A stretch of 61,353 bases of DNA, filler included, from 5 parts of 5 records of this genome joined end to end with filler, not necessarily neighbours in it; one strand, 5' to 3'. Shown: positions 48,598-59,576, counted from the whole stretch's first letter. The notes: generated by a model from the letters alone, not told the origin. Numbers and translations: made by a program.

Positions 48598-48989
48598 TAG
48601 AGAATACGATTGCAGCATGGCATGATTGCGTCAAGACAACTGATCCCGTGAAACTGGACGCCATCCTGCATGAGGAGGCGACGTTCCATAGCCCCGTTGT
48701 CCATACGCCGCAGCAAGGGAAGAACATGACCGCCAAATATCTCATGGCGGCGTTTCAGGTTTTGAATGGCGATGATTTTGAATATGTGCGCGAAATTGTC
48801 GGGCCATCGGACGCGGTTCTGGAATTCACTACAACCATAGACGGGATCGTCATCAACGGGGTTGATCTTATCCAATGGGGAGATGACGGCAGGATCACCG
48901 ATTTCAAGGTCATGATCCGCCCATTGAAGGCGATCAACACGGTCCATCAAAAGATGGCGGAAATGCTTACTCGTTCCTCTTGGAACTGA
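48594..48989 (+). CDS. SnoaL/NTF2-like protein
   Basis: ATFHSPVVHTP, INGVDLI, DFKVMIRPLKA. Confidence 0.82.
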   Translation: MIENTIAAWHDCVKTTDPVKLDAILHEEATFHSPVVHTPQQGKNMTAKYLMAAFQVLNGDDFEYVREIVGPSDAVLEFTTTIDGIVINGVDLIQWGDDGRITDFKVMIRPLKAINTVHQKMAEMLTRSSWN

Positions 48990-49020
48990 GCCACTTACTT
49001 TGTAACTTTTCGGAACGACA

Positions 49021-50796
49021 ATGACTACGGAACAAATTCTGCTTTTCTCGCTTTTCGGCGTCGTCTTTGCGCTGCTTATCTGGGGGCGTTGGCGGTACGA
49101 TCTGGTGGCTTTCGTGGCGCTTGTTATCGCGCTCGTGCTGGGGCTGGTGCCGACAGAGCTTGCATTTTCAGGTTTTGGTCACCCGGCGACCATTATCATC
49201 GCACTGGTGCTTGTTGTTTCTCGGGGGCTTGTGAATTCCGGCGCGGTTGATCTGATTACGCGGCGACTAACGTCATTGGATTTGAAACTGTCCAGCCATA
49301 TTGCGGCGATGGGCGGTCTCGGAGCAATATTTTCAGCATTCATGAATAATGTTGCGGCGCTCGCGATGCTGATGCCGGTCGATTTACAGGCGGCCGCCAA
49401 GGCGAAACGCTCCCCGCGTATCACTCTGATGCCGCTCGCCTTTGCGACGATACTGGGCGGGCTGATCACCTTGATCGGAACGCCGCCGAATATTATTATC
49501 GCGTCCTATCGGGAGAATGCTCTAGGGGAGCCATTCTCGATGTTCGATTTTGCCCCGGTCGGTTTGTCCTGCGCCATTGTCGGCATTGTTTTTATCATGG
49601 TGATTGGCTGGCGCTTTATTCCAGGCTCCCGCGATAGCAAGGCGCCCACTGTCGACCTGCTCGATCAGGAAGGATATCTGGCGGAATTGCTCGTACCGGA
49701 AGAGTCGCCGGCGGTTGGTATGCTGGTACGGGATTTGGACGGGGTCGCAGATGATAACGATGCGGCGGTCGTCGGTCTGGTTCGGAACAACAAGCGGATG
49801 GCGGGCCAGGCGCGGAACATGGAAATACGCGCAGGCGACATTCTTGTCGTGGACGCGGTGGCAAAGAGTATTGACCAATTCCGTGGAGCCATGAAACTGG
49901 AGTTTGACGGCGAGAAACGGCATGAAAAAGCGGAAGCCGGCGGCATGATCCTGATGGAATTTGTGGTCCCACGCTATGCCCGTATCGAAGGTCGCTCGGC
50001 CATGTCTCTCCGTCTCCTTGTCCGTCATGGGGTGACGCTGCTTGGCGTCTCTCGCCAGGGTAAGAAGTTTCGCGACCGGGTGCGCAAGCTTGATATTGAA
50101 GCGGGTGATATATTGCTTCTTCTTGGTCCGGTTGATCGGGTGCCAGAGGTTGCCCAGTGGATGGGTGTGCTGCCACTGGCGGAGCGGGGCCTTTCCGTCA
50201 CGCAATACCGTCGTGCGGGTCTGGCCGCCGGTATTTTCGCGGCTGCGATTATCGTGGCGAGCTTTGGCTGGCTCTATTTGGCGGTAGCACTGGCAATAGT
50301 GGTTGCGGCATATGTCGCGCTTGATATCGTCCCCATACAGGAAGTTTACCAGCATATTGAATGGCCGGTTATTGTCCTGCTCGGGTCGATGATCCCGCTC
50401 GGGGCCGCGCTTGAGGAATCTGGCGGCACGGCGCTTATCGCCGGCGGCATTGTGGATCTGACTTCTGGCCTTCACGTTGTGGTCGTCCTAACAGTCCTGA
50501 TGGTGGTGATCATGACCCTTTCGGACGTTTTGAATAATACGGCAACAGCGGTCATCGGAGCACCAATTGCTGTCGATATCGCGAACCGGCTGAACGCTAA
50601 TCCTGATCCCTTCCTGATGGTGGTGGCGGTGGCCGCGTCCTGCGCCTTTCTCACCCCAATTGGTCACAAGAATAACACATTGATCATGGGCCCGGGCGGT
50701 TATAAATTCGGGGATTACTGGCGCATGGGATTGCCGCTTGAAATACTCGTGATTTCAGTCGCCATCCCTGCCATTCTGTTTTTCTGGCCGCTCTGA
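49021..50796 (+). CDS. SLC13/CitMHS-type permease with two TrkA-C domains
   Basis: FSGFGHPA, SAFMNNV, TLIGTPPN, TPIGHKNN, PGGYKFGDY. Confidence 0.88.
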   Translation: MTTEQILLFSLFGVVFALLIWGRWRYDLVAFVALVIALVLGLVPTELAFSGFGHPATIIIALVLVVSRGLVNSGAVDLITRRLTSLDLKLSSHIAAMGGLGAIFSAFMNNVAALAMLMPVDLQAAAKAKRSPRITLMPLAFATILGGLITLIGTPPNIIIASYRENALGEPFSMFDFAPVGLSCAIVGIVFIMVIGWRFIPGSRDSKAPTVDLLDQEGYLAELLVPEESPAVGMLVRDLDGVADDNDAAVVGLVRNNKRMAGQARNMEIRAGDILVVDAVAKSIDQFRGAMKLEFDGEKRHEKAEAGGMILMEFVVPRYARIEGRSAMSLRLLVRHGVTLLGVSRQGKKFRDRVRKLDIEAGDILLLLGPVDRVPEVAQWMGVLPLAERGLSVTQYRRAGLAAGIFAAAIIVASFGWLYLAVALAIVVAAYVALDIVPIQEVYQHIEWPVIVLLGSMIPLGAALEESGGTALIAGGIVDLTSGLHVVVVLTVLMVVIMTLSDVLNNTATAVIGAPIAVDIANRLNANPDPFLMVVAVAASCAFLTPIGHKNNTLIMGPGGYKFGDYWRMGLPLEILVISVAIPAILFFWPL

Positions 50797-50854
50797 TAGT
50801 GCGTAAAGCCAATAGCCGAACATTTAATCACGGCACATTTTAAAGGATGTGGAG

Positions 50855-51637
50855 ATGTTAAAAGACAAAATCGCGGTTATCACGGGATCGACCTCTGGGA
50901 TCGGCGAAGGATGCGCCAGAGCACTTGCAAAGGATGGAGGCCATATTGTTCTCAACGGGTTTGGCGACGTCGCGGAAATAGAAGCCCTGCGGAGTTCCAT
51001 CGAAAGCGAGCATGGTGTGAGATGTCTATACAACGCCGCCGATATGACCAAGCCGGATGAAATCGCAGGCCTGTTTGAGATGGTGGCCAAAGAGTTTGGT
51101 GGTGTTGATATCCTGATCAATAATGCCGGGATACAATATGTCTCACCGATCGCCGAGTTTCCGGCGGAAAAATGGGATGCGATCATTGCCATCAATCTTT
51201 CTTCCGCCTTTCATACAATGCATCATGCCATTCCGCTCATGACGAAACGGGGGTGGGGACGGATCGTTAATATGGCCTCGGCTCATGCGCTGGTCGCCTC
51301 TCCCAACAAAAGCGCCTATGTCGCGGCGAAACATGGCATCGCCGGGCTGACCAAGACGGCGGCGCTGGAAGTCGCGCGGGACAATATTACGGTCAATGCG
51401 ATCTGTCCGGGCTATGTCTGGACGCCTCTGGTGGAAAAGCAGATCCCGGATACGGCACGCACCCGCGGCATAACCGAAGAGGAAGTGATTAATGATGTAT
51501 TGCTCGCGGCGGCGGCAACGAAGAAATTTACGACCATAGAGCAGGTGGCGGGCCTTGCCCTGTTCCTCTGCAGCGACGCTGCCGAGAATATCACGGGCAG
51601 CCTGCAATCCATTGACGGGGGCTGGACAGCGCAATAG
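50855..51637 (+). CDS. bdhA: D-3-hydroxybutyrate dehydrogenase
   Basis: TGSTSGIG, NNAGIQY, SAHALVAS, YVAAKHG, CPGYVWTPLV, IDGGWTAQ. Confidence 0.9.
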   Translation: MLKDKIAVITGSTSGIGEGCARALAKDGGHIVLNGFGDVAEIEALRSSIESEHGVRCLYNAADMTKPDEIAGLFEMVAKEFGGVDILINNAGIQYVSPIAEFPAEKWDAIIAINLSSAFHTMHHAIPLMTKRGWGRIVNMASAHALVASPNKSAYVAAKHGIAGLTKTAALEVARDNITVNAICPGYVWTPLVEKQIPDTARTRGITEEEVINDVLLAAAATKKFTTIEQVAGLALFLCSDAAENITGSLQSIDGGWTAQ

Positions 51638-51652
51638 GGGAGTTGGCAATAA

Positions 51653-52525
51653 ATGACTGCGGATAGCATAGCGCTTAGTATTACCGGAAAGCCCAAGGAT
51701 ATTGGTGGATTTGAAGTGCGACGCCTTCTGCCGGTTGCGCGATGCCGTTCAGTTGGAGCTTTTGTTTTTTTCGACCATATGGGCCCCGCAACCCTCAAGG
51801 CCGGGGAGGGGATGGACGTGCTGCCGCATCCGCATATTGGCCTTGCCACGATGACCTATTTGTTTGACGGGTCGATCCTCCATCGTGACAGCCTCGGAAC
51901 GGTGCAGGAGATATGTCCCGGCGATGTTAATCTCATGACCGCCGGGCGCGGGATTGTGCATTCTGAGCGCAGCAGCGCCGAAAGCCGGTCCAGGGACCGC
52001 GAGGTCCATGGTTTGCAGATGTGGGTGGCACTTCCCAAAGAACAGGAAGAGATATCACCCGAATTTTCCCATACATCAAAATCAGCATTGCCCGAGCTTA
52101 AAGGAGAAGGGTGGCAGGGCCGCCTTGTTACGGGAAGTCTGTTTGGCGAAACCTCTCCCGTTGAGACAATGAACCGGTATTTCTTTGCGGATTTACGGCT
52201 TGAGGCCGATGTTTCCATCCCCTTCACGCCCGACTATGACGAGGCCGCTCTCTATGTTGTTGAGGGGGAGGTTGATATTGATGGCGCGACGATAAATGCC
52301 GGAACCCTCGCTGTGCTGGAGAAGCATCCAACTGTTACGTTGACATCCCTGAAAGAGACGATCTGTGTCGTTCTTGGTGGGGATGCGCTCCCCGAACCAC
52401 GCTTTATGTATTGGAATTTTGTTTCGACCAGTAAAGAAAGCATAGAGCGCGCAAAAGATGACTGGCGGGAGAAACGCTTTGATGGCGTGCCGGGCGATAC
52501 CTCCTTTGTGCCGCTCCCGGAATGA
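51653..52525 (+). CDS. Pirin-family protein
   Basis: FFDHMG, PHPHIGL, HRDSLG, MTAGRGIVHSE, WNFVS. Confidence 0.92.
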   Translation: MTADSIALSITGKPKDIGGFEVRRLLPVARCRSVGAFVFFDHMGPATLKAGEGMDVLPHPHIGLATMTYLFDGSILHRDSLGTVQEICPGDVNLMTAGRGIVHSERSSAESRSRDREVHGLQMWVALPKEQEEISPEFSHTSKSALPELKGEGWQGRLVTGSLFGETSPVETMNRYFFADLRLEADVSIPFTPDYDEAALYVVEGEVDIDGATINAGTLAVLEKHPTVTLTSLKETICVVLGGDALPEPRFMYWNFVSTSKESIERAKDDWREKRFDGVPGDTSFVPLPE

Positions 52526-52585
52526 TATCGGTAAGTTTTTAACGCTCCGAAGAAGTTGACAGCAATCCCATAGACGGGTTTGATA

Positions 52586-52597
52586 TTGTATCTACAA
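52586..52597. promoter_or_regulatory. Possible GntR/HutC-type operator
   Basis: Palindrome TTGTA-TC-TACAA downstream of a TTGACA hexamer (52556-52561), upstream of the carboxyltransferase. Confidence 0.35.
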
Positions 52598-52669
52598 GCC
52601 TAAGGCGACGCATGCGTCATTATCAGCGCGGCCCGCGTCCACAGAAAAGCAATAAAAAGGGACATTAGA

Positions 52670-54217
52670 ATGAGCTGGGAAAAAGAGATTGAAGAACTAA
52701 ATATCCGTCAGACGCATGCGAAGAAGATGGGTGGCGAGGAGAAAGTTGCGCGCCATGTGAATGCCGGGAAACTGACGGTTCGTGATCGCATTGACAAAAT
52801 TCTCGATGAAGGCTCATTCGAAGAAGTCGGATCCGTTACCGGCAAGGCTGAGTATGACGCTGATGGCAATCTCGTAGATATGCAGCCCGCGAACCTGATT
52901 ACCGGGCGCGGACGTGTAAACGGCCGCCGTGTGGTTGTCGCCGGAGATGACTTTACTGTACGTGGCGGTGCGAATGATGCGGGGATTCGCGAAAAACTAA
53001 TCCATGTGGAGAATATGGCGGGTTCGATGCACCTGCCGTTGATCCGCCTTGTTGACGGCACGGGCGGTGGGGGCTCGGTCAAGACAATTGAAACCGAAGG
53101 TCGTACTTATGTTCCGGAAGTCAGGGGCTGGGACACGGTGATCGAGAATCTCTCGAAAGTACCTGTTGTTGCGCTTGCTCTCGGATCGACGGCAGGGCTG
53201 GGCGCGGCGCGCGTTGCCGCAAGTCATTATTCGGTGATGGTCAAGGAAACCTCCCAGATGTTTGTCGCGGGCCCGCCTGTGGTTGCCAGAACCGGCGAGG
53301 TTCTCACTAAGAACGAGCTAGGCGGGTCTGAAATCCATACGCGCAACGGAGCCGTGGATGATGAAGCCGGTTCAGAGGAAGAGGCATTTGAGCGCGCCCG
53401 GAAATTCCTTTCTTATCTGCCGCCCTCCGTATTTGAGTTGCCGGAACGTGTTGAAACTGGAGATGATCCGAACCGAAGTGAAGACTGGTTGATTGATGCC
53501 ATTCCACGGGATTCGCGCAAAGTCTACAAAATGCGCAAAATCATTGAGGCGGTTGTCGATCAGGACAGCTTCTTTGAAATTGGCAAAAAGTGGGGACGCT
53601 CCGTTATTACCGGTTTTGCCCGGCTGGACGGATGGCCGGTCGCCATTATGGCCAGCGATCCTTATCATTACGCGGGAGCTTGGACATCAGATGCTGCGGA
53701 TAAAGTCCTGCGCTTTGTTGATCTGGCTCAGACATTCCATCTGCCGGTTGCTCATCTTGTTGACATTCCCGGCTTTCTTGTCGGGCGGCAGGCGGAGGAG
53801 CAGGCGACAATCCGTCATGGTGTGCGGGCGATGGCGGCGATAGCACAGGCGACGGTGCCCTGGTGTGCCATTATCGTCCGTAAGGCCTATGGGGTCGCGG
53901 GCGCGGCGCATATGAATTCCGGGCGGTTCAATCTCAGATATGCCTGGCCGTCTGGGGATTGGGGGTCCCTGCCGATCGCCGGAGGGCTGGAGGCGGCCTA
54001 TAAGTCAGAGATTGGAGCGTCGGACGATCCCAAGGCAAAGCTTGAAGAGATTGAGGGACGGTTGAACCGATTGAGATCTCCATTCCGGACGGCGGAGCGT
54101 TTCATGATTGAGGAGATTGTCGATCCGCGCAACACCCGGAAACTTCTGTGTGATTTTGCAGAAATGGCGGTACCTCTCAGAGAGACGGGCGTTTCCAGTT
54201 TCAAGGTTAGACCGTAA
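52670..54217 (+). CDS. Acyl-CoA carboxylase carboxyltransferase (beta) subunit
   Basis: GKLTVRDRI, DFTVRGG, FVAGPPVV, ELGG, VDIPGFLVG, RKAYG, IVDPRNTR. Confidence 0.9.
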   Translation: MSWEKEIEELNIRQTHAKKMGGEEKVARHVNAGKLTVRDRIDKILDEGSFEEVGSVTGKAEYDADGNLVDMQPANLITGRGRVNGRRVVVAGDDFTVRGGANDAGIREKLIHVENMAGSMHLPLIRLVDGTGGGGSVKTIETEGRTYVPEVRGWDTVIENLSKVPVVALALGSTAGLGAARVAASHYSVMVKETSQMFVAGPPVVARTGEVLTKNELGGSEIHTRNGAVDDEAGSEEEAFERARKFLSYLPPSVFELPERVETGDDPNRSEDWLIDAIPRDSRKVYKMRKIIEAVVDQDSFFEIGKKWGRSVITGFARLDGWPVAIMASDPYHYAGAWTSDAADKVLRFVDLAQTFHLPVAHLVDIPGFLVGRQAEEQATIRHGVRAMAAIAQATVPWCAIIVRKAYGVAGAAHMNSGRFNLRYAWPSGDWGSLPIAGGLEAAYKSEIGASDDPKAKLEEIEGRLNRLRSPFRTAERFMIEEIVDPRNTRKLLCDFAEMAVPLRETGVSSFKVRP

Positions 54218-54235
54218 ATATACGCGGATAGTCAT

Positions 54236-54289
54236 TTTACCTGATTAAATCAGATTTATTAGGAATTTGTGTCGGTTTAATCAGGTAAA
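54236..54289. repeat. 14-bp perfect inverted repeat between the carboxyltransferase gene and putA
   Basis: TTTACCTGATTAAA (54236-49) ... TTTAATCAGGTAAA (54276-89), 26-bp spacer. Confidence 0.8.
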
Positions 54290-54400
54290 TTCCGACTTTG
54301 GTATGATTTTTTGGCATATTTTGGTCACACGGCCTATGGGTTTTGGGGGTATTATTAGTAATAACTTCACGCTTTTAACCACTCAAAGATGAGGCCGTCC

Positions 54401-55136
54401 ATGGCTCAACGGAAATTGTCGCACCATCGCTCCGATATTCGCGCGCATTATCTCACAAATGAGACGGCGGCCGTCCATAAGCTGATTGATGATCTCGATT
54501 TATCGGAAGAGACACGCAATCGGATCGTTGATCAGGCTGTGGCGCTGGTGGAAAAGCTCCGCCGTGCCGACAGCCCGGGCGTTATGGAAACGTTCCTTGG
54601 TGAATACGGCCTGACAACTGAGGAAGGCGTTGCCCTGATGTGCTTGGCCGAGGCTCTCCTGCGTGTGCCGGACGAAATCACCATGGATGCGCTGATCAGC
54701 GATAAGATCGCTCCAGCGGACTGGAGTAAGCATCTCGGGCACTCATCCTCCCCGTTGGTGAATGCCTCCACATGGGGCCTGATGTTGACAGGGAAGGTCG
54801 TACATCCGCTGGGTGATGGCTCTCTGGATGTTGTCGGGCAACTCAGAAAGCTGGTGAAGCGGGTGGGAGAGCCGGTCATCCGCACCGCCGTCAGCCAGTC
54901 GATGAAGGTACTTGGTCATCAGTTTGTGCTTGGCCGCGATATCCAGGAGGCGATGAGCCGAGCCCGTGGCATGGAGAAAAAGGGATATACATATTCCTAT
55001 GACATGCTGGGGGAGGCGGCGCGAACGGCAGAGGATGCGCAGCGCTACTTCATGGCTTACGCCAAGGCAATTTCCAATATTTCTGAACATAGTCTGAATT
55101 CGGATAGCCGTGATAATCCGGGTATCTCCGTGAAGC
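54401..55136 (+). CDS. putA: Bifunctional proline dehydrogenase / P5C dehydrogenase (3'-truncated)
   Basis: EGVALMCLAEALLRVPD, VNASTWGL, QFVLG, YSYDMLGEAART, GISVK. Confidence 0.95.
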
Positions 55137-55236
55137 NNNNNNNNNNNNNNNNNNNNNNNNNNNNNNNNNNNNNNNNNNNNTTAATTAATTAANNNNNNNN
55201 NNNNNNNNNNNNNNNNNNNNNNNNNNNNNNNNNNNN
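55137..55236. other. Artificial contig linker
   Basis: N44-TTAATTAATTAA-N44. Confidence 0.99.
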
Positions 55237-56973
55237 CTCTTCGCGGATCGGATCGATCGGCGGGTTCGTCACCTGCGCGAAGTTCTGCTTGAAATACGTG
55301 TAGAGCGGCTTGGATTTGTTCGACAGTGGCGCAATCGGCGTATCGGTGCCCATGGAGCCTGTCGCTTCCTGACCTTCCATCGCCATAGGCGCCATCAGGA
55401 ATTTCAGGTCTTCCTGACTATAACCAAAGGCCTGCTGCATATCGAGCAGCGACACCTTGCCTTCCGGCTTGGGTGTGTCGGCTTTCTTCACAGGCGGCAT
55501 GTCTTCCAGCACAATCTGGGTGCGGTTCAGCCAATCCTGATAGGGATGCAGGTTCGCCAGTTTCGATTTGACCTCGTCATCGGCAATGATGCGGCCTTCC
55601 TCAAGGTCGATCAGCAGCATTTTGCCGGGCTGCAGGCGCCATTTCTCGACAATCTTGTTTTCGGGAATGGGCAGGACACCCATTTCCGAGGCCATGATCA
55701 CATCGCCGTCATCGGTTACATAATAACGGGCAGGGCGCAGGCCATTACGGTCAAGCGTCGCGCCGATCTGGCGGCCATCGGTAAAGGCAATGGCGGCGGG
55801 GCCGTCCCATGGTTCCATGAGAGCGGCGTGATACTCGTAGAAGGCGCGGCGGTCCTCATCCATGAGCGGGTTGCCTGCCCAGGCTTCGGGGATGAGCATC
55901 ATCATGGCGTGGCTTAGCGAATAGCCGCCCATCACTAGCAGTTCCAGCGCATTGTCGAAGCAGGCCGTGTCCGACTGGCCTTCAACGGCAATCGGCCAGA
56001 GCTTTTTCAGATCATCGCCCAGAATGTCGGACTGCATGGCGGCGTAGCGCGCCTGAATCCAGTTCGTGTTGCCGCGCACCGTGTTGATTTCGCCATTATG
56101 GCTGATCATGCGGAAGGGATGCGCAAGGCTCCATGTCGGGAATGTATTTGTCGAAAAACGCTGATGCACCATGGCCAGTGCCGTGACCATTTTCGGGTCT
56201 TGCAGATCCTTGTAATAGGATCCGACCTGTGCGGCGAGCAGCATGCCCTTATAGACAATGGTGCGCGAGGACATGGACGCGATGTAAAGACCGCGCGGAA
56301 TACCCGACAGTTCCGCATAGAGCGTGTTGAAGATACGCTTGCGGATCACGAAGAGTTTACGCTCAAAATGGTTCTGATCGGTGATCGAAGGGCCTTGGGC
56401 GATAAAGACCTGACGATGGAAAGGCTCTGTCGGCTTTACCGAATAGCCCAGATCGGAATTATCAACCGGCACATCACGCCAGCCGAGGAAGATTTGTCCT
56501 TCTTCGGTGATGACCTTTTCAACGAGAGCCACAATCTTGGCGCGTTCGGCTTCGTCGCGCGGCAGAAAGAACTGTCCAACGCCATACTGGCCTTCGGCAG
56601 GCAGCTTGAAGCCCAGTTTTTCGGCTTCGGCGCGGAAGAATGCGTCCGGCATCTGGATCAGGATGCCCGCACCGTCACCCGCTTTGGGGTCGGCACCCAC
56701 AGCACCGCGATGCTCGAGATTTTCAAGAATATGGAGCCCGTCTTCGATGATCTTGTGGGATTTCCGGTTGTGAATATTCGCCACAAAGCCGATGCCACAG
56801 GCATCATGCTCGTTACGGGGGTCATATAGCCCCTGCGCGCCAGGAAGGCCCGCAGGAAGCGACGAGGCGGCCGGTTTCGCGTCCATCGCGGTCGCGGCCT
56901 TGCGGCTTTCCACGTTGAACAGCGTTTGGGTCGCTCCTGTCAGCTTCTCCGTCATACCCGTCTCGTCCTTCAT
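55237..56973 (-). CDS. gltB: Glutamate synthase large subunit (3'-truncated)
   Basis: EHDACGIGF (Ntn Cys), HQRFSTNT, HNGEINT, EPWDGPA, FAQVTNPPID. Confidence 0.96.
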
Positions 56974-57541
56974 GTCTGTGGTCCCCTCTTCCGATATGGG
57001 AGGAGGCGGATCGTCACCGTTTCCGCTCGTGGCCCTCGGCCCCGCTATTTCGACAGGCCGGAGCCTTGAAATGCCGGGGCGTGGGATGCAAACGGATCGC
57101 ACGCCTATCACAAAATTGTCCGCAAGACAGGTTTTGCCCCGTCATGCACCGCAGCGCCAGTTTCCCGGCCCGCTTTTTAGAGCCAACGGTATGTGCCGCT
57201 GTTTTCTCGAAGCGGCGTCATAATTCGCACCGCGACCGGCCGGAAAGGCGAGGCCCCTCCAGCAGGGGGGAATATGCCGGAAGGCCGGATTTGAATCAAG
57301 CAAATAAGACAGGGATACTGACCTAAAAAGCGAATGCCGCGTTTTTATGTTATTGGTAAATTTCAAGGACGGCTTTCGCGGAGCAAGCTAAATATACATC
57401 TAAATATCTATATTCCATCTTATTTGCTGCGCGGATGATCCACAAAAAAGCATCAGGCCCTTACCCAGATAATCACCGCTGGTGGTCAGGGCAATGGCAT
57501 GCTTTGAGGGATGTCTGATGTGACAGGGGGAGATTAAGGGC

Positions 57542-58426
57542 ATGCTCAGCAAAATTGACCGGGTACAGATTGCTGTTCCTGATTGTGAGGCGGCAGCCAA
57601 AGGCTGGATAGAGCTACTGGATGCGGTGCCTGACGGCGAGGACCGGATAGCTGGCCTGTCTGCCAAACGGTTTCGCTTGCGTATCGGCACGGGCATCGTG
57701 GAAATTCTGGAGCCGGATGGGCATGGTGCCGTTGCCGAGGCGATTGCTAATCGCGGCGCCCACCTCTTTGCGGCAGGTGCCTCCAGCACTGATCTTGTGG
57801 AATTGGCCGACAGGCTTGCCGCCAAAGGGCGCACCCCTCTGGCAGAAGGCGGGCAATTGCATCTCAGCGAGGCAGACACAGGCATTGCCGGCTTGCGTAT
57901 GGTATTGAGCGCAGCGGAAGAGCGCGAGCGTGTCGGCCTTGTTGACTTTCTGTATGAGGCAACGGTTCTGTCTGACGATACAGAAGGCCTTACACGTCAG
58001 CTTAATGAGCTGATGGGGCTGGATGAGCGCAATTACACAGAGATCACTTCGGACGTCTTTGGCTATCGGGGAACACTCACGCTGTTTGAAGCCAAGCATC
58101 TTGATCGCCTGGAGGTCATTACGCCGACGGTTAAAGGCACGACAATGGAGCGCTATTTCTCGAAATTTGGACAAAGCCTTTATATGGCTTTTGCTGAAAC
58201 GTCCGATATCCGCGCTATTGAGGATCGAGCGATTGCGTTGGGTGCTGGGCATACCGTTGATCGGCCATCGGACCGGTCCCCCAATCTCGCAGCCGATCAG
58301 TTGTGGCTGCACCCTCGCGCGCTGGGCGGTATGATGCTGGGCCTGTCCCGTCCGACAATGGCATGGACGTGGTCGGGTGCGCCAGAGCGTGTCGAACCGT
58401 TGAAAATAGAAACGGCTCAAGGTTAG
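57542..58426 (+). CDS. Two-domain VOC/glyoxalase-fold protein
   Basis: IDRVQIAVPD, VEILEP, LEVITP, WLHPRALGG; GGAG upstream. Confidence 0.75.
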   Translation: MLSKIDRVQIAVPDCEAAAKGWIELLDAVPDGEDRIAGLSAKRFRLRIGTGIVEILEPDGHGAVAEAIANRGAHLFAAGASSTDLVELADRLAAKGRTPLAEGGQLHLSEADTGIAGLRMVLSAAEERERVGLVDFLYEATVLSDDTEGLTRQLNELMGLDERNYTEITSDVFGYRGTLTLFEAKHLDRLEVITPTVKGTTMERYFSKFGQSLYMAFAETSDIRAIEDRAIALGAGHTVDRPSDRSPNLAADQLWLHPRALGGMMLGLSRPTMAWTWSGAPERVEPLKIETAQG

Positions 58427-58462
58427 GCAATCGATTGAATTTTGTGGCAGAGGTCGGGCGAA

Positions 58463-59506
58463 GTGATTTTTACTAGTGATAATGCTTTTGGCGTTTCGCC
58501 CGAGATTTTTTCTGCAATGGAAAAGGTCAATCGCGGCGGCGTTGCCTCCTATGGGGCAGATGATACGACCATTGGTCTGACCGCCCAGTTCTCGGAGTTG
58601 TTCGAGCGAAATGTTACTGTGTTTCCAGTAGCCACAGGCACAGCAGCTAATGCGTTATCTCTGGCCACGCTAACGCCGCCTTATGGCGCTGTTTATTGTC
58701 ACGAGACAGCGCATGTGAATTTTGATGAATGTGGTGCCCCGGAATTTTTTTCCGGCGGGGCAAAGCTTCTTGGTATCGGAGGTGCAGTTGGCAAAATCGA
58801 TCCTGATGTACTTGAAACAAGATTGAAGTCTGCTCGCGTTTCTGTGCATCAGGTGCAGGCCCGCTGCCTGTCTATCACACAATCCACTGAAGCAGGTGGG
58901 GTCTATTCAATAGATGAATTGCTACGTTTGACGAGTATTGCGAGAGAGTTCGGCTTGTCGGTCCATATGGACGGTGCGCGCTTTGCCAATGCGCTGGTGT
59001 CGCTGGGCTGCACACCGGCGGAGATGACATGGAAGCTCGGCGTAGATGTTCTGTCGTTCGGTGCGACCAAGAACGGTGCTATGGGTGCGGAGGCGGTTGT
59101 GTTTTTCGATCCTGCTGCTGCAAGAGATTTCGAATTTAGACGCAAACGGGCGGGACATCTTTTTTCCAAGATGCGATTTCTCTCTGCGCAACTTGAAGCC
59201 TATCTGACTGATGATTTGTGGCTTCGCAATGCACGTCATGCCAATGATATGGCTTCAGCATTGGCAAGCGGACTTTCTGCGATAGACGGTATTTCTCTGG
59301 TCGGCCCGGTTGCCGCGAACGAGGTTTTTGCCCGCCTGCCGGTCCAGACTTTTAAACGCATGATGAAAACCCAAGCGGCGTTTTATCCTTGGCCCAATCC
59401 GGCTGATGCCGCCGAAGGCTATCAGCTACAGACTATTCGTCTCGTCACTTCTTTTGCGACTTTACAGGCGGATGTGGATGGATTTCTGGCACTCGCACGT
59501 GGATAA
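58463..59506 (+). CDS. ltaE: Low-specificity L-threonine aldolase
   Basis: FTSDN, YGADD, GTAAN, HMDGARFANA, SFGATKNG (PLP Lys), SKMRF. Confidence 0.9.
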   Translation: MIFTSDNAFGVSPEIFSAMEKVNRGGVASYGADDTTIGLTAQFSELFERNVTVFPVATGTAANALSLATLTPPYGAVYCHETAHVNFDECGAPEFFSGGAKLLGIGGAVGKIDPDVLETRLKSARVSVHQVQARCLSITQSTEAGGVYSIDELLRLTSIAREFGLSVHMDGARFANALVSLGCTPAEMTWKLGVDVLSFGATKNGAMGAEAVVFFDPAAARDFEFRRKRAGHLFSKMRFLSAQLEAYLTDDLWLRNARHANDMASALASGLSAIDGISLVGPVAANEVFARLPVQTFKRMMKTQAAFYPWPNPADAAEGYQLQTIRLVTSFATLQADVDGFLALARG

Positions 59507-59576
59507 GAAGTTTCAGAATTCGTTAACGCCAATCACCTAGTCTTGTCTGGTCCGATCAACGGACGAGGGGTGTGCT

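Noticed and set aside
49021-54217. Linking the SLC13 permease, bdhA and carboxyltransferase of contig D to the contig B catabolic island
   Set aside because: Different contigs and probably different organisms; adjacency in the window is artificial.
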